A stretch of DNA of 64,000 bases from an uncultured Actinomycetota bacterium (GCA_963766325.1 CAVXZF010000001.1:113447-177446); one strand, 5' to 3'; positions 8,536-19,310 are shown, counted from the first letter of the stretch. A program made the numbers and translations. Notes: generated by a model not told the origin, from the sequence alone.

Positions 8536-10389
8536 TCAGCGTGTCGGCGTGGTCGCGCCGACGTACATCGAGTCGAGGACCTCGCGGTAGCGGTGCTCCA
8601 CCACCCGGCGCTTGACCTTCATGCTCGGGGTCAGCTCGCCCGCCTCAATGGTGAGGTCCTGCTCGAGGATGCGGAAGTCCTTGATCGTCTCCCACCGGGC
8701 CAGCGTGCCGTTGAGCTCGGCGACCGCCGTCTCGACCTCGACCCGCACCTGCGGGTGCCGGGACAGCGCCGCCGGGTCGGTCTCGGCCACGCCGTGGCTG
8801 GTCGCCCACAGCGCGAGCGCGTCCGGGTCCAGCGTGACCAGCGCGGTGCAGTAGTTGCGGCCGTCCCCGTGCACGATGAACTGGCCGGCCAGGGGGCACA
8901 GCGCCGGGAAGGCACTCTCGATCGGCGTCGGCGCGACGTACTTGCCGCCGGAGGTCTTGATCAGGTCCTTCTTCCGGCCGGTGATCCGGAGCAGGCCGTC
9001 CGGGTCGAGCTCGCCGAGGTCGCCGGAGTGCAGCCAGCCCTCGTCGTCCAGCGTCTCGGCGGTCGCCTCGGGCAGCTCGTGGTAGCCGCGCATCACGCCC
9101 GGCCCGCGCAGCAGCACCTCGCCGTCCTCGGCGATCCGCACCTCGGAGCCCGGCAGCGCCGGGCCGACGGTGCCGAAGCGGAAAGTCTCCGGCACGTTGA
9201 CGCAGATCGCGGCAGACGTCTCGGTCAGCCCGTAGCCCTCCAGCACCAGCAGGCCGCCGGCGTGGAACCAGCGGGACACCTCGGGGGACAGCGGCGCGCT
9301 GCCGGAGATGAAGATCCGGATCCGGCCGCCGAAGCGGTCCCGCAGCTTGGCCAGCACCAGCCGGTCGGCCAGCGCGTGCTTGGCGGCCAGCAGCCCGGTC
9401 GGCTCCCGGCGCTGCTGGCGCAGCTCGGAGACCTGCCGGCCGACACCGAAGGCCCAGTGGAAGAGCCTGGCCTTGACCCCGCCCTGCGCGGCGACCGCGC
9501 TCGCCACCCGGCTGTGCATCTTCTCGTAGATGCGCGGCGGACCGACCATCACCGTCGGGCGGACCACGGGCAGGTTGTCGATGATCTTGTCGACCCGGCC
9601 GTCGACCGCGGTGGCGAAGCCGATCTTCAGCTGGGCGGCGATCAGCATCTTGCCCAGCGAGTGGGACAGCGGCAGCCACATGTACTGCACGTCGTCCGGG
9701 CCGATCAGGCCGAGCTGGTCGGCCGCGTCCCCCTCGTACACCCAGTTGTCGTGCACCAGCCGGACGCCCTTGGGCTTGCCGGTCGTGCCGGAGGTGTAGA
9801 TGAGCGTGGCCAGCGTCTCCGGGCCGATCCCGTCGACCGAGCGGCGGACCGCCTCCGGGTCGGTGGCCAGGTGTGCCCGACCGCGTTCGGCCAGCTGGGC
9901 CAGGGACAGCTCGTTGTCCCCGCCGGCCGCGCCGGAGTCGTCCATGGTGACCACGGTGCGAAGGTCGGGCAGGTCGAGCCCGCGCAGCAGCTCCAGCTTG
10001 GCCGCGTCCTCGACCACGGCGACGACCGCGCCGGAGTCGGTGACGATGTGCCGGACCTCCTCGGCCGGCGAGGACGGGTAGATCGCGGTGGTCGCCGCGC
10101 CGGCGCAGTTGATGGCCAGGTCGGCGAGGATCCAGTCCAGCCGGGTGGTGGCCAGCAGCGCGACCCGGTCCTGCGGCGCCAGCCCGAGCGCGAGCAGCCC
10201 GGCGGCGAGCTCGTCGACCCGCCGGCCGGCCGCGGCCCAGGTCACCGACTCCCACGTCTCGGTGCCGTCCGGTCCGGGCACCGGGTGCCGGAAGGCCTCC
10301 TGGTCGGGCCGCGAGGTGACCCGGTCCCGCAGCAGGTGCGCCACTGACTGTGCTCGTCCGGTCTCCTGGCCGCTGGACTGAATGGTCAC
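8536..10389 (-). CDS. Long-chain fatty-acid--CoA ligase (FadD15-like AMP-forming acyl-CoA synthetase)
   Basis: AMP-binding motifs YTSGTTGKPKGV, GYGLTETS, SGDLG, TGRKKDLIKTSGGKYVAP and LTPSMKVKRR. GTG at 10389 is preceded by GGGAGG. Confidence 0.85.
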   Translation of the reverse strand: MTIQSSGQETGRAQSVAHLLRDRVTSRPDQEAFRHPVPGPDGTETWESVTWAAAGRRVDELAAGLLALGLAPQDRVALLATTRLDWILADLAINCAGAATTAIYPSSPAEEVRHIVTDSGAVVAVVEDAAKLELLRGLDLPDLRTVVTMDDSGAAGGDNELSLAQLAERGRAHLATDPEAVRRSVDGIGPETLATLIYTSGTTGKPKGVRLVHDNWVYEGDAADQLGLIGPDDVQYMWLPLSHSLGKMLIAAQLKIGFATAVDGRVDKIIDNLPVVRPTVMVGPPRIYEKMHSRVASAVAAQGGVKARLFHWAFGVGRQVSELRQQRREPTGLLAAKHALADRLVLAKLRDRFGGRIRIFISGSAPLSPEVSRWFHAGGLLVLEGYGLTETSAAICVNVPETFRFGTVGPALPGSEVRIAEDGEVLLRGPGVMRGYHELPEATAETLDDEGWLHSGDLGELDPDGLLRITGRKKDLIKTSGGKYVAPTPIESAFPALCPLAGQFIVHGDGRNYCTALVTLDPDALALWATSHGVAETDPAALSRHPQVRVEVETAVAELNGTLARWETIKDFRILEQDLTIEAGELTPSMKVKRRVVEHRYREVLDSMYVGATTPTR

Positions 10390-10602
10390 CGCTGACCTCC
10401 CTGATCGCGCCGCTGCGCTCAGGTTGCCAGAAACGCGCCCGGCGTGGTGCGGACGCAAAGCGGCCAGGAGCCCACGGGGGGAGGCTCCTGGCCGCGGGCG
10501 GATAATACCCGGGAGTAGGTCCCGTCCGCACCCACCCGTGTGCGCCCGGCGCGTCGTGGGCAGGACGGCAGGCAGGCAGCGACCACCTTGGAGGACCCGA
10601 CC

Positions 10603-10830
10603 ATGCTCTTCGCCCTGCTCCGCACCCGGCTCAAGGCGCTCGTCGTCACGCTGCTGATTGGGCTGGCCGCGCCCCGGGTGGCCCGGGCCCTGCGCGCCTT
10701 CGGCCAGCGCCGGAGCCGGGCCGGCGGCGGCGTGCTGACCACCACCGTCCCGCTCACCGCGGCCGACGCCCTGGAGAAGGTGGCCGTCTGGGCCCGCCCG
10801 CCGAAGAAGCAGCGCCGCGGCCGGCGCTGA
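10603..10830 (+). CDS. Small hypothetical membrane protein
   Basis: ATG at 10603 follows GGAGG. One hydrophobic helix (LKALVVTLLIGLAAP) and a basic C-terminus. No recognisable domain. Confidence 0.35.
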   Translation: MLFALLRTRLKALVVTLLIGLAAPRVARALRAFGQRRSRAGGGVLTTTVPLTAADALEKVAVWARPPKKQRRGRR

Positions 10831-10908
10831 GTGCCGTGTCCTGACGCCGACCTGTCGACAAACCGGTCAGTCGGGATCCAACTGCGGAGTCCACGGTCAG
10901 GTCGCGCC

Positions 10909-11580
10909 TCAGTCCATCGTGGCCGGCAGCGACACCGCGGTCGCGAGCAGGCCGTCGCCGACCGCGTACGCGCCCGGGAAGACCGTGACGGTCCGGCCGG
11001 CGACCGGCGGCAGGCCGGGGACGAGCAGCTCGGCGGTGAACGTGCCGCGGGCCGGGTCCGGGCCGGGGGTGAAGGCCAGCCGGGCGTCCTCGAAGCCGAG
11101 CCAGCACCGGGCCAGCGGGAACCACGCCTTGTAGACGCTCTCCTTGGCCGAGAACAGCAGCCGGTCCCAGTGCACCCCGGCCGGCAGCGCCCGCAGCTCG
11201 CGCCGCTCCACCGGCAGGGACACCCGGTCCAGCACGCCCTCGGGCAGCTCGGCGTGCGGCTCGGCGTCGATCCCGACCGTGGCCAGGTCGCTGGCCCAGG
11301 CGACCGCGGCGGCGCCGTACCCGGCGCAGTGGGTCAGGCTGCCGACCACCCCTGCCGGCCACAGCGGCTCCCGCTTGTCCCCGGACAGCAGCGGCGCCGG
11401 CGGCAGCCCGAGCCGGCCCAGCGCCTGCCGCGCGCAGGTCCGCACGGTGGTGAACTCGGCCCGTCGCTTGGCCACCGCCCGCGCCACCAGCGGCTCCTCC
11501 TCGGGCAGCAGCGCCTCGCCGGGCAGCGGGCCGCGGGCGTCGACCACCACCGCGGCCGGCGGCACCAGCCCGGAGATCAC
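10909..11580 (-). CDS. pptT: 4'-phosphopantetheinyl transferase, Sfp/EntD/PptT type
   Basis: Motifs WPAGVVGSLTHCAGYGAAAV, VGIDAEPH and FSAKESVYKAW. GTG at 11580 overlaps the stop of the upstream gene (GTGA). Confidence 0.85.
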   Translation of the reverse strand: MISGLVPPAAVVVDARGPLPGEALLPEEEPLVARAVAKRRAEFTTVRTCARQALGRLGLPPAPLLSGDKREPLWPAGVVGSLTHCAGYGAAAVAWASDLATVGIDAEPHAELPEGVLDRVSLPVERRELRALPAGVHWDRLLFSAKESVYKAWFPLARCWLGFEDARLAFTPGPDPARGTFTAELLVPGLPPVAGRTVTVFPGAYAVGDGLLATAVSLPATMD

Positions 11581-12476
11581 CGGCTGACCCGGGACGCCGG
11601 CCAGATCGGCGAGTCCGGCTCCGGCTCCGGCGCGGGGGTGGGCAGCACGTCGCGGAGCACGCCGCGGCGCAGCGAGTGCTTCTTCCACTCGCGCGGGTAG
11701 CCGATCGACACCTCCTCGAACCGCACCCCGTCCTCCCAGGTCGTGCGCGGGATGTGCAGGTGGCCGTAGACCACCGCGGCGGCGTCGAAGCGGGTGTGCC
11801 AGTCGGCGGTCAGCTCGGTGCCGCACCAGATGGCGAACTCCGGGTGCCGCAGCACCAGCGTCGGCAGCCGGGTCAGCGGCCAGTGGTTGATCAGCACCGG
11901 CCGGCTGCCCGGGGGCAGCGCGGCCAGCCGGGCCGCGGTCAGCTCGACCCGGGCCCGGCACCAGGCCGGCCGGTCCGGCCACGGGTCCGGGTGCAGCAGG
12001 AACTCGTCGGTGCAGACCACGTTGGCCGCGTACGCCGCCTTGAGCGCCTGCTCGGCGGTGTCGTGGCCGGGCATCCGGAACGTGTAGTCGTAGAGCAGCA
12101 GCATCGGCGCCAGCACCACCGGCCCGCCCGGGCCGGTCCAGGTGACGAAGTCGTCCTCCGGGCTGACCACGCCCAGGCGCCGGCACAGCTCGACCAGGTG
12201 CTCGTAGCGGGCCTGGCCGCGCAGCTGCACCTCGTCCGTGCGGGCGGTCCACAGGTCGTGGTTGCCCGGCGACCAGACCACCCGCTCGAAGCGGTCGGCG
12301 AGCAGCGCCAGCGCCCACTCGATGTCCTCGACCGTCTCGGCGATGTCGCCCGCGACGATCAGCCAGTCACCGTCCGAGCGCGGCCGCAGCCGCTCCTCGA
12401 CCAGCGTCCGGTTTTCCGCGTACGAGATGTGCAGGTCGCTCGTCGCCCAGAGCCGACCCTGCCGGACAACAGTCAT
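11577..12476 (-). CDS. Calcineurin-like metallophosphoesterase; position and architecture match the mycobacterial PptH (Rv2795c-type phosphopantetheinyl hydrolase) upstream of pptT
   Basis: Metallophosphoesterase motifs SDLH, GDIAE, GNHD and GHLH. It is translationally coupled (4-nt overlap) to the PPTase gene. Confidence 0.7.
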   Translation of the reverse strand: MTVVRQGRLWATSDLHISYAENRTLVEERLRPRSDGDWLIVAGDIAETVEDIEWALALLADRFERVVWSPGNHDLWTARTDEVQLRGQARYEHLVELCRRLGVVSPEDDFVTWTGPGGPVVLAPMLLLYDYTFRMPGHDTAEQALKAAYAANVVCTDEFLLHPDPWPDRPAWCRARVELTAARLAALPPGSRPVLINHWPLTRLPTLVLRHPEFAIWCGTELTADWHTRFDAAAVVYGHLHIPRTTWEDGVRFEEVSIGYPREWKKHSLRRGVLRDVLPTPAPEPEPDSPIWPASRVSR

Positions 12477-12524
12477 GCACCGACCCTAACCGGGCGGAGC
12501 CGGGCGCCGTGGATCAGCAGGAGG

Positions 12525-13838
<1,314 letters not shown>

Positions 13839-14002
13839 GGGTGGCGCCCCCTCTCGACGCGCGGGAGCTGGGCCCGCGGCGCGTTACCCGACGGTAATGG
13901 ATCGCCGTGGCACGGGCAGGGGCGAGGGTCGGTGAGCCGGCGCACAACCGGCTCCCGACGGTGTGGACCCCTCCCGTCGTGGTGACACTGCGTTATCGGG
14001 TC

Positions 14003-14031
14003 TTGACGGATGCGGCGAGTGTTTCTACGGT
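14003..14031 (+). promoter_or_regulatory. Sigma-70 (HrdB-type)-like promoter candidate: TTGACG-N17-TACGGT
   Basis: Read directly: TTGACG at 14003-14008, a 17-nt spacer, TACGGT at 14026-14031. It sits inside a 660-bp low-GC intergenic region, about 470 nt upstream of the ACC operon start. Confidence 0.3.
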
Positions 14032-14499
14032 CCTTTCCAGAATCGCATACCGACGGAATGCATGTATTTGCTGGCACACCGGCTTTGCCGGGGCTGACCT
14101 CGAGGGCGTGACACGCATATCGGGGTTCGGATTTAGGTCGGCTCCGCGAATTCCGGACGTCGCCGGCTGCCTCCGTCTGCCGGGAACGGCCAGGCCCGCA
14201 GGCCGTCGTTGGGCCGAACGGCGCCCTGGCCACTAGTCCGATGCGAGGCCCCCTCAGTGCTCCCCGCCGGATCCCTGCCTTAGTGGGCAATTCCCGGTGC
14301 CGGAACCGGACATGCTTTGCGTGCGTCGACGACAATTGCCGGCGGAAGCATGGTGGTGCGTCTCCTCATCGCTGGTTGAGGATCGAGGTCGGCCTGGCTA
14401 ACGTCTGGGCACCGAGAGCGAATCCCCCGCAATTGCCGCGGCTCGGACATAGCTCACTCTTGACCCGCCGACCGCGTTCCGTCCGGAAGGAGCCTCCCC

Positions 14500-16233
14500 G
14501 TGCGAGACCGGTCCCGGGTTGCGGAGCTCCGTCGACACCTGGACACGGTGCCGGCCGGCACCTGGGTGGAGTGCCCGCAGTGCCGGACGCCCCTCTACCG
14601 CTCCCGGCTGCAGCGGGCCGGCGGGGTCTGCCAGGGCTGCAACCGGCACCTGCGCATCCCGGTGGGGGACCGGGTGGCCGTGCTCACCGACGCCGGCTCG
14701 TTCACCGAGCGCGACGCCGGGCTCGCCTCGCCCGACCCGCTCGGCTTCACCGACCGCAAGCCGTACGCGGAGCGCCTCGCCGCCGCCAGGGACAAGCTCG
14801 GCCGGGCCGACGCCGCCGCCTGGGGCACCGCCGAGATCGGCGGCCGGCCGGTCGCGCTCTGCGTCCTCGACTTCGACTTCATGGGCGGCAGCATGGGCGC
14901 GGTCGTGGGGGAGAAGGTCACCCGCGCCGCCGAGCTGGCCCGCTCCCGCCGCATCCCGCTGGTCACCTGCTCGGCCTCCGGCGGCGCCCGGATGCAGGAG
15001 GGCGTGCTGTCCCTGCTGCAGATGGCCAAGACCGCGGCCGCGCTGGGCCGGCTCGCCGAGGCCGGGGTGCCGCACTTCTCGGTGCTCACCGACCCGGTCT
15101 ACGGCGGGGTGATGGCCTCCTTCGCCTCGCTGGCCGACGTCATCCTGGCCGAGCCGGGCGCCCGGGCCGGGTTCGCCGGCCCGCAGGTGATCCAGCAGAC
15201 CATCCGGCAGACCCTGCCGACCGGCTTCCAGACCGCCGAGTTCCTGCTCGCCCACGGGCACATCGACGCCGTGGTGCCGCGCGGCGAGCTGCACGCGGTG
15301 CTCGGGCGGCTGGTCGCCTTCCACGCGGCCGCCGAGGCCGGCGAGCGGCCGGTGGCCTCCGGCGGCCGGGCCGCCGCGGTGGCCGCCGCCGACGGCGACC
15401 CGTGGGAGGGCGTCGGGTTGGCCCGGCACCCGCAGCGGCCGCTGGCCGAGGAGTACCTGGCCGGCCTGGTCACCGACTTCGTGGAGCTGCGCGGCGACCG
15501 GGAGAGCAGCGACGACCCGGCCGTCGTCGGCGGGCTCGGCCGGCTCGGCGGCGCCCCGGTGGTCGTGGTCGCGCACCGCAAGGGCCGCGGCACCCGGGAC
15601 GCGGTGGCCCGCAACTTCGGCATGCCGCACCCGGCGGGCTACCGCAAGGCGCGCCGCCTGATGGAGTACGCGCAGCGCTACCGGGCCCCGCTGGTGACGC
15701 TGGTCGACACCCCGGGGGCGTACCCGGGCCTGGCCGCCGAGGAGGGCAACCAGAGCGGCGCCATCGCGGCCAACCTGGTCACCCTGGCCGGCCTGCGGAC
15801 CCCGGTGGTGACCGCGGTCGTCGGCGAGGGCGGCAGCGGCGGCGCGCTCGCGCTCGGCGTCGGCGACCGGCTGCTGATGCTGGAGCACTCGACGCTCTCG
15901 GTGATCAGCCCGGAGGGCTGCGCCACCATCCTGTTCGGCGACGCCGGGCAGGCGCCGCGCGCCGCCCGCGAGCTGGCCCTGACCGCGCCCGCGCTGGCCG
16001 CGCTCGGCCTGGTCGACGAGGTGGTGCCGGAGCCGGCCGGCGGCGCGCACGCGGACCGGCCGGCCACCGTGGCCGCGCTGGGCGAGGCGCTGGTCCGGCA
16101 CCTGGCCGCGCTGGCCGAGGAGCCGGTCGAGGTGCTGCTCAAGGAGCGCCGGCGGCGGCTGCGGGCGGTCGGCCCGACGGTGCCCGCCGACGGCGCCGGG
16201 ACCGTGGAGGCGGACGCCGATGCCGACCGCTGA
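14500..16233 (+). CDS. Acetyl-CoA carboxylase carboxyltransferase, fused beta-alpha (AccD-AccA) subunits
   Basis: N-terminal Zn-ribbon CPQC...CQGC, AccD block FDFMGGSMG, and AccA block RPL..., GMPHPAGYRKARRLM, VDTPGAYPG. GTG at 14500 is preceded by GGAAGGAG. Confidence 0.9.
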   Translation: MRDRSRVAELRRHLDTVPAGTWVECPQCRTPLYRSRLQRAGGVCQGCNRHLRIPVGDRVAVLTDAGSFTERDAGLASPDPLGFTDRKPYAERLAAARDKLGRADAAAWGTAEIGGRPVALCVLDFDFMGGSMGAVVGEKVTRAAELARSRRIPLVTCSASGGARMQEGVLSLLQMAKTAAALGRLAEAGVPHFSVLTDPVYGGVMASFASLADVILAEPGARAGFAGPQVIQQTIRQTLPTGFQTAEFLLAHGHIDAVVPRGELHAVLGRLVAFHAAAEAGERPVASGGRAAAVAAADGDPWEGVGLARHPQRPLAEEYLAGLVTDFVELRGDRESSDDPAVVGGLGRLGGAPVVVVAHRKGRGTRDAVARNFGMPHPAGYRKARRLMEYAQRYRAPLVTLVDTPGAYPGLAAEEGNQSGAIAANLVTLAGLRTPVVTAVVGEGGSGGALALGVGDRLLMLEHSTLSVISPEGCATILFGDAGQAPRAARELALTAPALAALGLVDEVVPEPAGGAHADRPATVAALGEALVRHLAALAEEPVEVLLKERRRRLRAVGPTVPADGAGTVEADADADR

Positions 16234-16693
16234 GCCCACCGACCTGGACCGCGTGCTGGGCGCCACCCGGCAGCTGGTGGAGCTGGTCCGCAGCCGCGGC
16301 CTGGCCCGGCTGTCGGTGGACGCCGGCCCGGTGCGCTGGGAGATCGCCGGCGCCGCGGCGGCCCGCCCGGACAGCGTGCTGGTCGCCGGGGTGCCGGTGG
16401 CCGGGGTGCCGGTCGCGGTGCCGGTGCCGGCCGAGCCCCCGGGTGAGCCCGTGTTGGCCCCGCTGGTCGGGGTCTTCTACCGCTCGCCCAGCCCGGGCGC
16501 GCCGCCCTTCGTCGAGGTCGGCCAGCCGGTCGCCGAGGGCCAGCAGGTCGCGATCGTCGAGGCCATGAAGATGATGAACGAGGTGGTGGCGGAGAGCGCC
16601 GGGGTGCTCCGCGAGGTGCACGTCGCGGACGCCGCCATCGTCGAGCTCGGCCAGCGGCTGTTCACGATCGAGCCGGTCCCGGTGCCGGCGTGA
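16220..16693 (+). CDS. accB: Biotin carboxyl carrier protein
   Basis: Biotinylation motif EAMKMMNE near the C-terminus. The start overlaps the CT gene end. Confidence 0.9.
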   Translation: MPTAEPTDLDRVLGATRQLVELVRSRGLARLSVDAGPVRWEIAGAAAARPDSVLVAGVPVAGVPVAVPVPAEPPGEPVLAPLVGVFYRSPSPGAPPFVEVGQPVAEGQQVAIVEAMKMMNEVVAESAGVLREVHVADAAIVELGQRLFTIEPVPVPA

Positions 16694-18150
16694 CCGCCGC
16701 CACCCCCGGGCCCGGCCCGGTCCCCGCCCGCGGCGCCGGCCCTGCCCCCGCCGGACCCGGCCGCTCCGGCGTGGGCAAGGTGCTGGTCTGCAACCGCGGC
16801 GAGGTCGCGGTGCGGATCGTGCGGGCCTGCCACGACCTCGGGCTGCCCGCCGTGGTCGCGCACTCCGACGCCGACCGGGACTCCCGCGCCGTGCAGCTGG
16901 CCGATGAGGCGGTGTGCATCGGCGCCGGCCCGGCCGGCCGCAGCTACCTCAACGTGCCGGCGATCCTGTACGCCTGCGCCCGCACCGGCGCCGACGCGGT
17001 GCACCCCGGCTACGGCTTCCTGGCCGAGGACCCGTACTTCGCCGAGGCCTGCGAGCAGGCCGGCATCACCTTCATCGGCCCGCCGGCCGAGGTGATCCGG
17101 CTGATGGGCGACAAGATCGCGGCCCGGGCGGCGGTGGCGGCGGCCGGGGTGCCGGTCTCGCCCGGCTCGGCCGGCGCGCTCACCGACACCGCCGACGCGC
17201 TCGCCTGCGCCGAGCAGGTCGGCTACCCGGTGCTGCTCAAGGCCGCGGCCGGCGGCGGCGGGCGCGGGCTGCGCCGGGTCGACTCTGCGGCCGAGCTGCC
17301 GGCTGCGCTGGCCGCCACCCGGGCGGCGGCCCGCTCGCTGTTCTTCGACGACCGCGTGTACCTGGAGAAGTTCGTCCCGGCCGCCCGGCACGTCGAGGTG
17401 CAGGTGCTGGCCGACCGGTACGGCACCGTGGTCCACCTCGGCGAGCGGGACTGCTCTATCCAGCGCCGGCACCAGAAGCTGGTCGAGGAGTCGCCGTCCA
17501 CCGTGCTCACCGACGCCCAGCGGGACGCGCTGTGCGAGGCCGCGGTGCGCGGCGCGGCCAGCATCGGCTACGCCAGCGCCGGCACGGTCGAGTTCCTCGT
17601 CGACGGAACCGGCAGCTCCGCCTCCGCAGCCTTCCTGGAGATGAACACGCGCATCCAGGTCGAGCACCCGGTCACTGAGATGCGCACCGGCATCGACCTG
17701 GTGGAGTGGATGATCCGGGTCGCCGCTGGCGAGCCGCTCGACTTCCGCCAGGCCGACGTGCGCCCCCGCGGGCACGCGCTGGAGTGCCGGATCAACGCCG
17801 AGGACGTCAGCCGGGACTGGGCCGGCTCGTTCGGCGAGCTCACCGGCTTCGCCCCGCCGCTGGGCGCCGGCGTCCGGGTCGACACCCACGGCTACCCGGG
17901 CTACCGGCTCCCGCCGTACTACGACTCCCTGCTCGCCAAGGTGGTCGTGCTCGGCGAGACCCGGGCCGACGCGCTGCGCCGGATGGAGCGGGCGCTGGCC
18001 GAGTTCGACTGCACCGGGGTGAGCACCACCCTCGACTTCCACCGGCAGTTGCTGCGGCACGGCGTCTTCCGTGCCGGCACGCACCGCCTCGACTTCCTCG
18101 ACCGGTACCTGACCCCGCACGGGGTCCTCGAGGCGGAGGACACGCGATGA
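16690..18150 (+). CDS. accC: Biotin carboxylase
   Basis: KVLVCNRGEVAVRIVRA, ATP-grasp blocks (YPVLLKAAAGGGGRG, VEVQVLADRYG) and EMNTRIQVEHPVTE. GTGA overlap with accB. Confidence 0.9.
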   Translation: MTAATPGPGPVPARGAGPAPAGPGRSGVGKVLVCNRGEVAVRIVRACHDLGLPAVVAHSDADRDSRAVQLADEAVCIGAGPAGRSYLNVPAILYACARTGADAVHPGYGFLAEDPYFAEACEQAGITFIGPPAEVIRLMGDKIAARAAVAAAGVPVSPGSAGALTDTADALACAEQVGYPVLLKAAAGGGGRGLRRVDSAAELPAALAATRAAARSLFFDDRVYLEKFVPAARHVEVQVLADRYGTVVHLGERDCSIQRRHQKLVEESPSTVLTDAQRDALCEAAVRGAASIGYASAGTVEFLVDGTGSSASAAFLEMNTRIQVEHPVTEMRTGIDLVEWMIRVAAGEPLDFRQADVRPRGHALECRINAEDVSRDWAGSFGELTGFAPPLGAGVRVDTHGYPGYRLPPYYDSLLAKVVVLGETRADALRRMERALAEFDCTGVSTTLDFHRQLLRHGVFRAGTHRLDFLDRYLTPHGVLEAEDTR

Positions 18151-19307
18151 CCCGCCCGTCCGCGACCCGGAAGGCCGATGAGATGAGCACGCGAGGACGC
18201 CGCGACCCGCGCCCGACGTCGGCCCCGGTCATCGAGCACGACCGGGCCCGCCGGGCCCGCGTGCTCGAGCAGTGGGAGGCCAGCCGGTGCCGCCCGGCGG
18301 CGGCGCCGCGGCCGCGGCGCGAGCCCGACACCCCGCTGGCGGTCCGCCGGACCGACGCCCGCCCGACCGGCAGCCGGCTGCGCGGCCGTCCGCCGTACGG
18401 CTACCAGGTGGTCGTCGTGCACTGCCCCGACGGCCCCGTGCACGTGCTGGAGCCGGACGACCGGACCGCGCCGGTGGTGCGCCGCATCTTCACCGACTAC
18501 CTGGCCGGGCACGGCCTGCAGCGGATCGCCGAGGGCCTGACCGCGGACACCGTGCCCTGCCCGTCCGCGCACGACCGGTCCCGCAACCCGCACCACGGCG
18601 GCTTCGCCTGGTCCAAGGGCGCCGTCCGGGCGATCCTGGTCAACCCGCGCTACACCGGCCGGTCCAAGTGGGACGCGGTCGAGCCGGACAACTGCCCGCC
18701 GCCGCCGGCGTACGAGCCGCTGGTCGACCCGAGCATCTTCCACCAGGTCCAGCAGGAGTTCGCGGCCAAGCGGCACGCGCGCAGCGCCAACCCGGAGCGC
18801 GGCCTGCGGGCGTACGTCTTCCGTGGCCTGCTCCGCTGCGGCATCTGCAACCGGCTGATGCAGGGCGCCTGGAACAACGACGAGTCGTACTACCGGTGCC
18901 GCATCCCGGAGGAGTACGCGACCGCCAACCGGATCTCCCACCCGCGCAACGTCTACCTGCGCGAGCGGCGGCTGCAGCCGGCGCTGGACGGCTGGCTGAT
19001 GGCCACCTGCGCACCGGCCCGGCTGGTCCAGCTGGTCCGCGGCGCCGGCCGGCACCCGCTCGGCGAGGCCGACGCCGGGCTGACCGCGACGCTGAGCCGG
19101 TCGGTGCGCGCGCTGCGCGACGCCAGCCCGTCCGAGGCCGCGGACACGTACGCGTCGCTGCGGCTGCGGCTGGTGTACTACCCGCCGCAGCAGCTGGTCC
19201 GGGCCAAGATCGCGCTCGGCCCGCGGGAGGTGCCGGTCCGCGGCCTCATCGACCTCAAGCGCACCGCCGGCCCGGAGCTCGTGGCCGGTCCCAGCGGCGC
19301 CGGGTGA
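18147..19307 (+). CDS. Large-serine-recombinase-derived protein lacking the N-terminal resolvase catalytic domain (Recombinase domain plus zinc-ribbon only)
   Basis: PPYGYQVV... recombinase-domain start, VNPRYTG, and the zinc-ribbon LLRCGICNRLMQGAWNNDESYYRCR. The first 85 or so aa are Arg/Pro-rich with no YxRxS-type serine motif. ATGA overlap with accC. The KS gene starts 3 nt after its stop. Host-like GC3. Confidence 0.7.
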   Translation: MTRPSATRKADEMSTRGRRDPRPTSAPVIEHDRARRARVLEQWEASRCRPAAAPRPRREPDTPLAVRRTDARPTGSRLRGRPPYGYQVVVVHCPDGPVHVLEPDDRTAPVVRRIFTDYLAGHGLQRIAEGLTADTVPCPSAHDRSRNPHHGGFAWSKGAVRAILVNPRYTGRSKWDAVEPDNCPPPPAYEPLVDPSIFHQVQQEFAAKRHARSANPERGLRAYVFRGLLRCGICNRLMQGAWNNDESYYRCRIPEEYATANRISHPRNVYLRERRLQPALDGWLMATCAPARLVQLVRGAGRHPLGEADAGLTATLSRSVRALRDASPSEAADTYASLRLRLVYYPPQQLVRAKIALGPREVPVRGLIDLKRTAGPELVAGPSGAG

Positions 19308-19310
19308 GCG

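Noticed and set aside
18147-19307. An active integrase or mobile element (prophage or ICE) inserted in the cluster.
   Set aside because: The serine-recombinase catalytic domain is missing. No flanking direct repeats, att-like sites or other mobile genes were seen. Codon usage matches the host, and the ORF is translationally coupled to its neighbours.
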